From Octopus sinensis (taxonomy: Eukaryota): 64,000 bases of DNA. The DNA is taken from positions 74,400,001 through 74,464,000 of the forward strand of contig NC_042999.1 in NCBI RefSeq assembly GCF_006345805.1, written 5' to 3'. Below, piece by piece: positions 14,314-26,787 of the stretch (the first letter of the stretch is position 1; each line of letters opens with the position of its first letter). The notes under the pieces are model-generated. The model had not been told where the DNA came from, ran no database searches, and was given only the letters and a program-made list of their open reading frames with translations. The position numbers were made by a program, and so were the translations under genes.

Positions 14314-14889
14314 CTATGAGAAAATAAGAATGAATGTAGAAAAATCAATAGAGACATAAATAGAGAAAGAAAGAGTCACAGATAGAAAAGAATATAGATC
14401 AATTGATACAGAAAGATAAAGAGATAAAAGAAACAAAGAGGGCAACACAGATAGATTGAAGCAAAAATATAAAAAGTTAACATATTGGAATGGCATGTTA
14501 ACATATTGGAAAGATATAAGATATATTTAGATAATCAATTTTGATATTGTATACTTTCGCAAGTGAAATGACTTAGTTTATACATTCAGGAAAATTATGC
14601 AAATCCTGCACCTCAAAAGCATAGCGGTATATTCTCTAAGTTGATATTCACTACAAAACATTTTGTTTTATTTTTGGACAAGACATTTTATCTTCGTCCT
14701 CCTCCTTGGAATCATACTTGGAATCTTGGAGTTAGTAGCCCACGCTCTTAACCACTATGCCATATGACTCAACATAATATTATTATGGTGCATTATCAAT
14801 CATATGGCAGTCTTTTTGATTATATAAAATGATATACTGTCACCTTCAAAGAAGTGGACAATGAAAAATGTGTTATTCAGTTTTCCTAC

Positions 14890-14980
14890 CTTCTTCCAAC
14901 AGAGGAACACAAATGATTTGCAATTTTTTCACTGTTCAAGTTGTCTTCACAAATATTTTCATATGAACCATTGTGGGACA
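14890..14980 (-). CDS. Exon of a second SRCR-like domain (core)
   Basis: TTCTAG acceptor and GTAGGA donor, 91 nt, phase 1-2. SHNGSYENICEDNLNSEKIANHLCSSVGR fits the SRCR pattern V.hnG.w..iC.d......A..lC..lG. Confidence 0.82.
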
Positions 14981-16747
14981 CTAGAATTGTGTTGTTTATG
15001 TATGTAACTAGAAAAAACAAACAAACAAAAGAACAATACAAGACAAAGCAAAAAATTAATTTTAATTTTATTAATCTATAACCAATATCAGCTTATGCAC
15101 ATACGATTACACTCAACACCAATGTTTGCCACTACTCTACTTATGTGTGTGCTGGCATGTGTATGTGTGTATGTATGTGTATAAAACTGCAAACATGTGT
15201 ATGTATAAATAGGATATAGCCTTTCATCTATGCACACTTTGCTGAACATATCAATGCAAAATTGTTAGCAATTTTAATGTTAAGATATTTGTATTCTCTA
15301 ACTGCACACTTGGTTTACATAGGAATATTGTAATGACCTAAGCAGCAGAGGAAGTGCATATTCTGGAAACATAGTAATCAGAGTAAAAGTCCCAAGTGCT
15401 ATCATTTCTGCTGGTAAAAAAAGGAACAAGTAAAAGAAATAACTGATGTTAAGCATAAAGAAGTAAAACCAAATATAAAGTTTCATCATATATATATGAA
15501 CATGTATCCTTCACTTGTCATAAAACTATTCAAACAAGATGACACTTGAATTCATCTCAACATTTTTGCAGAGTAGTACACTGAAGAGAGATGTTCCTTA
15601 ATGTACTTCATAATGTGAGTCAAAAATTGAAGGGATGGAAGATGAGGAGATGCATCTACATGTTGAGCAATGCACCTTACTTATTGTACTGCTGGTCACT
15701 GCACTAAAGTAAGAGGACCAGTGAGTATATGACTACATTTTATTTTTCAGACATGATTAAAATAGGAACTTGATTGGTATTCTGGCAAGGCATGTGAATG
15801 ATTTTGTATTCTGAGGAAATGAATTGTTTGAGAAAGGTGTAATTATAGTTTTGGAAAAGTAATTTAAAGTAGGAATTGTGTATTCAAGAATTGAAGATTG
15901 AATATATATCAATCTAAGATCCCTCCTAATTCTCTTCTCAAGATAATGTTAGTGTCATAATCAAGAAATTTTTATGAGGCCGAAGACCATGCCATTTATA
16001 TATGTAAAGGGTAAAGATCCCCTTTGGTCATGAATGGCCATGGGATTACATCTAGAAAATTATCCTCCAATGTACAAGTTCAGGCAAGGTAGTTTATAGA
16101 AGACCACCAGTTGCCCATTCATTAAAGTCTTCCCTCTCTACGCCACCGATGTTATTCAAGGGAAAGACAAAAGATGATACATCTTGGCACCAGTTATGTT
16201 ACAACTCATTTCTACAGCTGAGTGAACTGGAGTAATGGGAAATAAAGTGTCTTGCTCAAGATCACAACACAACATGGTCTGAGAATTGAACTCACTACTT
16301 AATGATTGTTAGCCTGATCCTCTAATCCCTGTCCCCACCACACACACATGCCCAAACCACACACACATGCAGTTTACACATACATATACATACACACAGA
16401 CACACATACTCTCTCTCTCACACACACACACAAATCATCATCATCATCATTGTTTAACATCCACCTTCCATGCTAGCATGGGTGGGACCGTTTCATTAGC
16501 TGGCCAGGCAGAAGCCTGCACCTGACCTCTGTGACTGTTTTGGCAGGATTTTTACAGCTGGATGCCCTTCCTAACACCAATCACTCAGCAGAGTGGATTT
16601 AGTGCTTTTTAGGTGGCACAAGGACAGGTGAGGTGAGTAGTGCATTTTACGTGGCACAAGCATACATATATACTTTACAAACACATGGACACACATACAC
16701 ACATGTATACTTATATTTATATAGAGCGAGTAAATTTTTCTACGTAC

Positions 16748-16858
16748 AGCAATAGAATTCATCAGAGTCATCATCACAGTCTTTTTTACCATCACAGCGA
16801 AGTTCTTGTTTGATGCATTTCAGATTTTTGCATTGCCAATGTCCAATTGCACATGAAG
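16748..16858 (-). CDS. LDLa exon
   Basis: TTTCAG acceptor and GTACGT donor, 111 nt, phase 1-1. SCAIGHWQCKNLKCIKQELRCDGKKDCDDDSDEFYC. Confidence 0.93.
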
Positions 16859-17885
16859 CTGAAAGTAGAAAATTGGGAAAAAGAAATCATCCATGGAATC
16901 TTTTGTAATCTGGAAAGCTATCTATTTTGCTGCTATTGTTTAGCTCAGGGTCAGTCTTTATCTTGTAGACCTATGACCATTCTAAGTTATACATCCTGTC
17001 TGTTTTCAGATATAGTGCATTTAGAAGTACATTGTTCAATGCATTCTTCCCTTTTTCAGGTTTTTTCTGTAACTATGCAGAAGCTTTCTCATCTGCTCCA
17101 CTGTGGATATACTAAATATCCCTGTCATGTACTAAGGAAGAAATAATTGACTATACTTGCCAACTAAATTTGTAGCCTGCTATGTGAGAAATGCTTTTTG
17201 TTTTTTTTAATCAATCCAGTTAAAACCTGAACTTGTTGAAGCTATTCTGTTTCTATTGATTCACTCCTTACTTGAGGCTGCTATGTTCCCCATTTAGTGA
17301 TTAGCAAGATGGCTGAATTACTTCTTAATAAAAGCTTTTTATGTTTCCCATATAATAGTTAATAATCTGGCTGATTTACTTCCATGTTGAAGCTATTTTG
17401 TTTCCTATGAAACAGTTGGAAGCCCTAAAGAAAACGTTTTGTTTCTTATGTCCCTGATGGAAACTGAAGGGTTTAAATTCTCAGCGTTGTTAATTTGGTT
17501 TTCATGTAAGCATTGACAACCAAACCCATTCAGATACCACTTACTGTTAATAGTTGGCAAACCAGTCGTTTCAATTTTTATCTGAAACCTTTTTATTCTC
17601 AAGATGTTGTTGATATCCTAGTTATCTCTATTTCCATTTCAAAGTATTTTCTTTCCCATTCAGTTATTGTGAGCAATCCAGCTGCTTCCACTCCCATGTG
17701 AAGCTTTTTTAAATACCATGCAGGACTTGTAAACTTAACTATTTCAGTTCCAATTCAAAGCTACTTTGTTTTGCTATGTAAGACTTGACAACCCAGCTGT
17801 TTCAATTTCAAGATTTACAATAGGCAACACAACACTTTCAGTTTTTATTCAAAACAGTTTATATTCCCAAGAAACAGTTGGTAAA

Positions 17886-20811
17886 TGTTGTGGAGGACCC
17901 TCCTTGAGTGAGAGAAGTGGGCTGTTCCACTACAAATAAATAGTGGACAGCTACAAGGAGTGTAGTCAGTCACAGAGCTATTTTTGGTGTTTTTTTAAAA
18001 TCATTTTTGATCCCTGTGAGTGAAATTGTGAGTTAAATTGCTATATACTCATTGAAGGTCTCCTGTAAGGGTGAAACTATCTTTTGAATATCATTGTTAA
18101 ACTGTTGAATTGTTGTTGCTATTTTTGTCTGTGAAATTACAATTGTTTTCTTCCCCATTCATGGGTGAAGTAGACAAGAAGCAGAGGATGGAGTGGGAAC
18201 CAGTTCCAGCTGGCAGTTATGCTCCAGCCACTGGAAGACGTTTGACAGCTGACGTGTTGCAGGTATGAGAGATAAAGATGCAGCAGAGGAAGTTGTAGGA
18301 GTTCAACAGACTCACAGAGAAAGATGGAACCATTTTGAGGTTGACACCGCCAGAAAATTTAACAGTGAGCATGATGAAGTGGACAGTGGTGTATAGAACA
18401 CTGTCCATGACATCAAAAAAAAAAATAATAAATAAATAAAAGCCACAGTAGAGGCTATAGAGGAATGCTCAAAGGAGGTAAAAAGCCTCACAACATTTTA
18501 CACAAGAGTGAGGAAACACGGCACAGTGGAAATGAGGTTTGCTAGTGAACAAGAAACGATAAACCACTCCACTGTGGTGCTAAGGACACCAGAGTGGGTA
18601 CTTCTGCTGACTTACTGTGACAAATGAGTAGCCAGGGTAAGGATTAGCAGAGTACCCCCAGAGATTGAGGAGTACGTGAATGTGTTGAAAGTGACAAGGA
18701 CGAAAGAGGTAAACTGGTGGGGCTATTGCCTCGAAGTGGCTATCCAAGTCAGTTTACAAGACTTGCATAAGATAGTGAGGAGGTAATACTACCAGAGGAC
18801 ATGAAATTGAGAGTAGAGGTGGCATAGGGGGACACATGAAAGCAAGGTGTCCCCAGAATGATGATAAAAGTAAAAAGGAACAACAGTAGCAGGGTGACGA
18901 GCAGGAGCAAAATGCCGAAGCAATGAACTCAGTATGTAAAAAGTGTCTAGAGAAGATGGAGGAAGAGTATACGGTGGTGGATAGGAAGAAGAAAAGGAAA
19001 GAAGACATGGACTCACCGCCAAAGAATCCACTAAAGAAAAAAAAGGAGAGTAAACAAGAAGCACAACATGAGATATCAACAACATCAAAGGAAGCCAACA
19101 TGGAAAAACAGGTGGGATTACAGAAACAAACAAATAAAAAGGAACCAAAACATAAATGGCATATGGTAGCATATGTGAAAAGAACAGAGATAGAGATGAA
19201 AATCACAAAAATGAAAACAGTTATAAGTGTGAAACTAACGATGGAATACTATCCAGAAAGCACCAAAGCAGTTGTTATTGATGATGCAAGATGTGAAAAA
19301 CTATGAGAACTGTTTGGAAAGAAGATAGACCCAACGGGAGTGTGCATTGAGTTTGACGATTTGCCATCAGTAATAGAATATGACGGCCTGTTGCTGTACA
19401 TAAAATGGTAAAAATTTTTTAAAAAAGTAAGTAAATATTTAAAAACTGTAAAAACAGATGAAAAAAGAGGAAAAAAGAGGAAAGAAACTGATTTATAAAT
19501 GTTAAACGAAAAACATTTAAATGATACTGCCTGTGAGTGGGGAGTAGGCAAGCCATTTCATCCTCATTGTTATTATCAATCCTTCATTCATTGTTCTGTG
19601 TTTATTGTCTCCACTGTGGTGCTTTGTCTGTCCTTGTTAAACCCTGTGTTATGGCCTACATGCCGAATAAAGGAAATACAGTCAGTGAGGTATACCATTT
19701 GGGTCAGTCATGCAGACGACTAAGTACGTCGTTATAATGTGGGACATATCAGTGTTGAGCAAGACATAACAGTGGTGACAAGGTTTCGGACATGTGCAGG
19801 ATATAACATGTAACAATGAGAAGTTGAAAACATGCAGGATACAACAATGATGACAGAATACAATAAGAAAAAATTCGGTGACAAGAATTCAAAAGCAGGT
19901 AGGATACAACAATGACCACAGGATACAACAAGGAAAAATTCAGTGACAAAAATAAATCTATGAAATAATAGAATATGATAGAAAAAAAATTCTGTTGAAC
20001 AAAGGAGTACTACCTGGGACACAGAGAAAAAGAATAATACAAGTCTGTTGAAAGATTTCAGTCAGGTTACTTATGTTTTCATAGCACTACTCGTAAGAAT
20101 GTAAAGCTGGTACTACCTGTGGCATACATTCAAACAGCAGGGTTTGAATGTGGAATACACAGAGTCGAAAAAAACAGAATTGCCAATAGGTGTATATCGG
20201 AGAACTCTATGTAATAATTTATTTATGTGTGAAATAGAAATAATAGAATATGATGCCAAAAAAAAATTCTAATGAAGAAGGATTTCTGAAGTACTACCTG
20301 GGACATGGAGTTAAAATAATATAAGTCTATTTGAAGGATTTCAGTCAGGTCGCTATGCGTTTGTAGCACTACTGGTAAGAATGTAGAGCCGGTACTACCT
20401 GGGACATTCTGGAGAAAAAAAGATTTTGTTGTTCTGTGTAATACATAGAGTTGAAAAAATAATAATAATTGCTGATCAGAGAATTCTATGTAATAATTAA
20501 TTTTCCTGTGATAATAAATTGAAAAAAAAAAAAATTTTTTTGTCCTGCAAAGAAAATGTAGAAAAAAATGAAAAAGTAATAATTCCGTGTGTACAAAAAA
20601 TGGAAAATGTAAAAAAAAAAAATAATGCTGTGTGTAAAAAAAATCTCAAAAGGGGAGGTGTTGTGGAGGACACCTCTGAGTGAGAGAATAAATAGTGGAC
20701 AGCTATGAGGAGTGGAGTCAGTCGTTGAGGTATGCCGTTCGGGCCAGTCATGCAGATGATGAAGTACATAGTTATAACGCAGGACATATCAGTGTCGAGC
20801 AAGACATAACA
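17886..20811 (+). mobile_element. Unclassified non-autonomous retroelement with split direct repeats (A..B..AB) and a decayed gag-like ORF
   Basis: A repeat at 17886-17971 and 20659-20723; B repeat at 19686-19771 and 20726-20811; TGTT...AACA ends; GHMKARCPQ knuckle remnant near 18830. Confidence 0.55.
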
Positions 20812-21599
20812 GAAAACTAGCTGTTTTTCTCCTCAGTTGAAATTATTTTGTGTCTTCTATAATAGTTGGCAATAGATCTGTTTCAAATCCTAGTTGAATT
20901 AATTGTTTCAAATTATTATTAAAATAATATTGTTTTTTATGTGCAAGAGTGGTTGTGTGGTAAGAAGTTTGCTTGTCAACCACATGGTCCTCGATTCAGT
21001 CTCACTGCATGGTACCCTGAACAAATGTCTACTTACTACTATAGCCCTGGGATGACCAAAGGCTTGTGAATGGACTTGGTAGGCATAAGCTGAAAGAAGC
21101 CCATTGTATGTATATGTCATTAACATCACCATCCTCATCATTTAACACCCATTTCCCATGCTGGCTTGGGTTGGACGGTTTGAGAGGAGCTGGCCAGTAA
21201 AGAAGCTGGCCAGTAAAGAAGCTGTCCAGACTCCAATTGGCTGTTGTGACATGGTTTCTACAGCTGGGTACCTTTCCAACTTCCAGCCACTTTACAGAGT
21301 GTGCTGGGTGCTTTTTATGTGCCATTGGCATGGGTGCATTTACACAGCAGCATGAGTACATTTTATGTGACACTGGCATCTGTAAAGGACAAGTCTGTAT
21401 ATATGGGTGGATGTCAACGATTTTACTTAGCTTCATGCATCTTCTCAAGCTGGCAACTTAGCTTTTTTTTTTAAATACTAGTTGAAGCTGTGATTTACTC
21501 ATGCACAAGGAATGTACATGTCTCTACATGTTACATTGTAAATTGCAGCTTTCCACGAGTATTCATTTGTCTTTTGCAGCTGTTGAAGTGGACTAAAGC

Positions 21600-22900
21600 A
21601 TTATAAGAGGGGCAGTTGAATGCAGATCAGTTATCAGGTTCTTGTATTTGAAAGGTTGCACTCCAAAAGAAACTTTCGATGAGATGAAAGAAGTTTATGG
21701 TGGTGATGCACCATCATGTGACATAAGTCAAGCACTGGCATTGCCAGTTCAAATGTGGCTGGACATCGGTAGAAACTGCTTCTATTCCTGGACAGCCCCA
21801 TTCCACCATTGATGACAGCATCATCCATAAAGTGGAAGCCACAATTTTGTGGATCAGTACATAACTATTTGGCAACTAGCTCAAAAAGTGAAGACAAGTT
21901 GCCAGCCTCGTCTGGCACCCACTACACTCACAGAATGGTTGGCGTTAGGAAGGGCATCCAGCTGAAGAAACACTGCCAGATCAGACTGGGCTTGGTGCAG
22001 CCTCCTGGCTTCCCAGACCCTAGTTGAACCGTCGAAACCATGCTAGCAAGGAAAGTGAACGTTAAACGACGATGATGATGATTTTGAAGTGTAGGGTCTG
22101 TGGAAAAAAAAATCATTCATGACCATTTGCACATGGGAAGTTGTCTACACGATAGATTCCCTGGATGCTCACACGTTTTCTGAAGCAGGAACAAGTCAAT
22201 TGCCTCTAGGCTATTTTGACAATGTGTCAACGGGGCTCACTTTTTCAGAAGACTTATCCCACAGGGTGAAACATAGGTCCATCACTATGATTTTGAGATT
22301 AAAGTCCAGTCAAAGCAATGGAAGCATGATAACTCACCACCTCCAAAGAAGGCTTGTGTCCAATCTTCAGCATGCAAAGTAATGGTCTCAGTATTTTGGG
22401 ACCAGCATGATGAATTTTCTGGCAAAGGTCACCACAATTAATGGGATATATTATGCTTCTTTGCAACAGAAATTGCAGGATTCCATGAAAGCAGAGATGC
22501 ATGACATGTTGACCAAAGGAATCCACCTCCTCTAAGACAATGCTCCACTTCACAGTGCGCATGTTGCTCAGATGAAAGCACATTCCTGTGACTATGAAAT
22601 CCTATCTCATCTCCCTTACTCTCTCAACCTCACACCATCTGACTTCCACCTCCATAAAGTCTTTTTTGAAGGAGAAGCACTTTTTGAATGATGATGAACT
22701 TATTTTCAAGATAAAGTCTTGGCTCCAGACACAAACTACCGACTTCTGCTGACAAGGTCTTCACAGCTGCATAAAGTCAGGGGAGAAATGTGTCACCGTT
22801 GGTGGTGGCTATGTAGAGAAGGACTAATAATTATGCTAAGTTTCATTTATCACAGTTCTAGGGAAGTGGGTCAGGGGAAATCTTTAAGGAACACCCCCTC
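21600..22900 (+). mobile_element. Degenerate mariner element interrupted by a SINE/RTE-tail insertion (~21860-22085)
   Basis: KETFDEMKEVYGGDAP and DNAPLHSAHVA motifs; GAGGGG..CCCCCTCATA-type TIR remnants. Confidence 0.75.
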
Positions 22901-24699
22901 ATAAATGTAGTAAGTCAGATTTATCAAATTCAAGTTGAAGATAATTTGTTTTCCATGCAATAGTTTTCAATCCTGTTGTTTCAATTTTCTGTTGAAGCTG
23001 TTACTCTGGCAACATTTATAAACAGCTCTTTTGATCACAAGTTTCCTATGCAACAGTTAGCAAGCCAGCTGTTTCAGTTATCTGTTGAAATTATATCTTC
23101 TAAAATAGTTGGTATCTTAGCTGATTAATTTGTTATCAAAGCTGTTATATTTGCTATGTAAAGTTGGACACTCAGTTTTGTTTATCAATTGAAATTATAC
23201 GGGTTCTCATGCATTAGTTGGCTTACCAACTGTTTGAATCTGTTGGTAATTCTGTTTTTCCTGTTGCAATTCTTGATAGCCCAGCTATTTTAACAGCTGT
23301 TGCTCGCTACTTTCCTCCAATTAGCTGTTGGCAGTCTTCCCACTTCAGTTTTTCTTCTCACTCAGTAGTTGATAATACAGCTGCTGTTTCAGCTTTTAGT
23401 TAAATCAAATGTGGTACCAATGCAATTATTGATGACCCAGCTGTCTCAATTTCCCTTTGAATCCATTTTATTTGTTATGTAATTGTTGGTTCAGTGTTCA
23501 TTTAATTCCAAGTTGAAGCTATTTCTACATATTTGGAAGGCCAAATGTTTCTCCTTACATTTAGTGGTATTCTCTGTCCCATGCAGTTGCTGGCAGCCAG
23601 ATGATTCAATATTCAGTAACAAATGCCAAACCAATTGTTTCAATAAAGATTTGAGGTTATTTTGTTTTCTATGCAATATTGAGAAAATCTAGCAGTTTCA
23701 ATTAGCTGCTGAAGGCAATTTGTTTTTAATGTAATAGCTTACTGCCCAGTGTTTCAATTCAACATTTTTATTATTCTGCATGCCACAGTCAGGAAATTGG
23801 CAAAGTGGCCTTTCAATTCCTATTTGGAGATATTTCATTTACCATACCATTGACAACCTGTTTCAGTTCCCATACATCTCTTGGTAACTCTGCTACTTAG
23901 ATTCCCCAGAAAAGTTACTTTATCTCTTACACATCGGTTAGGAACCCAGCTGTTTCAACTCTAAATTGAAGCTATTTTCTGTCCTATGCATAATTAGCAA
24001 CCCAGTTCTTTAACTTCTCAACTGATGCTATTTTCTTTTCCATGCAATGTTTGGCACTCTGATATATTTCATACTTGAAGATATTTTGTTTTCCATGCAA
24101 TAATCGTTGCCAGTTCAGTGTTTATTTTCCAAAGTAAAGCAATACCTTTTTTTTTTTTACCAATATGAACGATACTAATCCTGCTATATATATTCTTTGT
24201 TGAAGATTTTTTTTGTTTCTCATGCAACAGTTTGTGACCCTTTTGTTCAACTGAAGCAATTGTGTTTCCTATGCAACATTTTATTTTCCTATTTCATCTC
24301 TTCTTTGTGAATATTTGAAAATTTACACATTTCTTAAATTTTGGAGCTTCTCAAGTTTCCATTTTCAAGTCAGCATTAAAACTACTTATGAGGGTTGATA
24401 GAATTCATTTTTTGTATTGACATAAAACTGGTTGGAATGAAAAGGTAAAATTTAGATGGATTTTGTTATGCTGTTTACTACAGTGAAGATTTAATTATTT
24501 GATGAGGTCATTTTGTTTTAAAATGTTTTTGTTTGTAAATTGGATTACTGATTGAAGTGTTGTTCTCTACATTTCATGAAATAAACTACTTATGGATTCT
24601 TTGATATGCCTGAGCAACCACATCTGGTCTAGATGGTAAACTTACTAAAACAAAATCACCTGATACTCTAATAAAAAGCAAGATATCTATCTTTCTTAC

Positions 24700-24831
24700 C
24701 GCAATTCTTTTCATCAGTGCCACCTTCACAGTCAATTTCTCCATTACACATACTTTCTTTACGAATGCATACATTTGTAGAATTGGTTTCATTGCGACCG
24801 GGAGGACATCTAACTTCACCATTTTCACAAC
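24700..24831 (-). CDS. LDLa exon
   Basis: TTCAAG acceptor and GTAAGA donor, 132 nt, phase 1-1. CENGEVRCPPGRNETNSTNVCIRKESMCNGEIDCEGGTDEKNC. Confidence 0.93.
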
Positions 24832-25399
24832 CTTGAAGATGTAAAAAAGAAAAAGGTGAATATATAAATTATAAATATTCTATAAATAAGTAAATAGTTA
24901 GCACAGTTAAGTATGTTTAATTTTCATGTAATCTTTTCCTGTTGGAATAATTAGTTAATGAATCATTTGCCTGACAACCAAACAATTATAATTTTATAAT
25001 TTAAATAGGTTTGCTTCATCGGAAATGATGCAGCTGTGGTCACATACCCTTTCACTAAGATGTAAGCATAGATCTCTAGTTAGGCAGCTGGTGACATAGT
25101 ATCATCCCAGGCTGTAAGGGCTAAAAAAAAGGATTAAAGTGGTAGGTGGTAGGGATTGAAATCAAGAGGCTATGTGGGAAGCAAAACATAGACATATTTG
25201 CTTGATCCAGTGGATGATGTAACTGATAGATTTAAGCTCCAATACATTTATTGTATAAACCTGTAATGTAAGAATTTCAGACAGAATTTTAAACTTGAGA
25301 CTAAAACAAAAGTGCATTCCAGAAGGTTTGAAACTTTTCCAGGAGAGACATTTATTAATTTCAAAGAAGTACAATACTCTAATATTCTTTAAAATAAGA

Positions 25400-25870
25400 T
25401 CCTTTTACTTAAATGCACTTGTAGCACTCCAGCCACTTCGTAAGGCTCCATGAAAATCCCCCAAAGTGAAGCTATCCAAGACCCTTGTCACAGCTGCTTT
25501 TCTCTTCTACAGCTTGAGGGACAACCAAATTGCAGGGAGCAAGGTCTGGTCTGTAGGGAGGGTGAGGGACAGTTTTGATGCCCATCTCTGTCAAATAGCT
25601 GATTACTGTGATAGAATTGTGGACTGGTGCATTGTCTTGGTGCAGGTACTTTGACCTTCTGTGATGAAATTTCTTCTTTAACCCACTCAAAAACCTTCAC
25701 AATGTACTCTTTGTTAACTGTACGGCCAGAGAAAATCCAGTGGATGCAAATGGTGCCCTTGCTGTCAAAAAAGGGGATCATCATGAGCTTACTGGGGAAC
25801 TTGCTTTGCCTGGCTTCTTGTGCCAGTGAAAAACAATTGTTCAGCTCATACAAGTTAATCTATAAGTAGC
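25400..25870 (-). mobile_element. Mariner transposase C-terminal remnant
   Basis: MMIPFFDSKG, HQDNAPVHNS and PHPPYRPDLAP. Confidence 0.85.
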
Positions 25871-26574
25871 CTGGAGCATTTATTGCATAGCAAGCTTCTA
25901 AATTGTTTCTTTGTCCTGACTACATTCTGCAAACTAGTCACTGTGACAAGCAGCATTTAGTAGAGTGTGTTCAAAGTGCTGTTACAACTGACTCCTTCCA
26001 TCTGGAATAAAATAGTTGACAGGACAATTTATTTGTTGTATCATAATGATATACTAAAATTACAATAATTTAAGACAGTTATAAGCACTTCTAGAAAGAT
26101 TGTCTCAAAATTTCTGTAATGCACTTTGTATTTGTCACCAATTCACTGCTGACTTTTTATTTTTAAGTTTAATTACAAGTCATGATATCCAAACATTTCT
26201 CAGAAATTAGGAGACTAGATAAAGTGAAATGGTTTCTACCAGCTTCTTCATTGAAAATTTACTATACTCACCAAAAAGAATTATTATTAGGTGCAAGTTC
26301 AGTAGTATGAAGAAATAGTGCGACGTGTTCAGTCAATCCTTTCAATATTAAACACTTATTTCTTACAATTTTACTTCACCATTTCTTTTCAATTTTTAAA
26401 AAAAACATTGATGGAAAGTGGTAATATATGTAAATAACTTAAAAAGAGTGAAACAACTTTAAACAGAAAAGTGAAATGCAGTGTAGATTTGAGATACCAG
26501 GAACACACTGTATTTTCCCTAGCATTCATCCAGCCACAAGGTATTAATATAGAAAAACACTCTTAACAACTTAC

Positions 26575-26661
26575 TTGTATTGGAACAAGTCACATAAGTG
26601 GTATCGCATTGGCATCGTCCATCACAATTGTATAAATCCCATCGCTGATAACCATAATAAT

Positions 26662-26692
<31 letters not shown>

Positions 26693-26732
26693 AGTCATGT
26701 ACGTTTTTATGCTTGTTTGAGTTGTAGTGCCA
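26575..26732 (-). CDS. Exon encoding the C-terminal half of the SRCR-like domain, with an internal poly-Tyr run
   Basis: TTTTGTTTTTTGTCACAG acceptor and GTAAGT donor, 158 nt, phase 2-1, bridging the flanking exons exactly. GTTTQTSIKTYMTGNYYYYYYYYNYYGYQRWDLYNCDGRCQCDTTYVTCSNT. Confidence 0.72.
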
Positions 26733-26787
26733 CTGTGACAAAAAACAAAAGTTTGACAATTACTTTTCAAAATTCATTTCATATTTT

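Larger units (their letters stand above)
17200..24290. repeat. Degenerate ~55-bp minisatellite array in three blocks (~17200-17885, ~20812-20905, ~22930-24290), split by insertions
   Basis: Recurrent unit resembling GTTGAAGCTATTTTGTTTTCCATGCAAYAGTTGGCAACCCAGCTGTTTCAATT. Spacings of about 50-57 nt seen near 23960-24090. Confidence 0.75.

Noticed and set aside
15105-15136. Possible 32-nt phase 2-1 exon VVANIGVECN resembling an SRCR end
   Set aside because: Poor acceptor context, and it lies upstream of the SRCR core it would have to follow.
15298-15410. Strong acceptor (TTTTTTTACCAG) followed by an open stretch
   Set aside because: Every frame hits a stop or lacks a good donor, and no domain motif is convincing.
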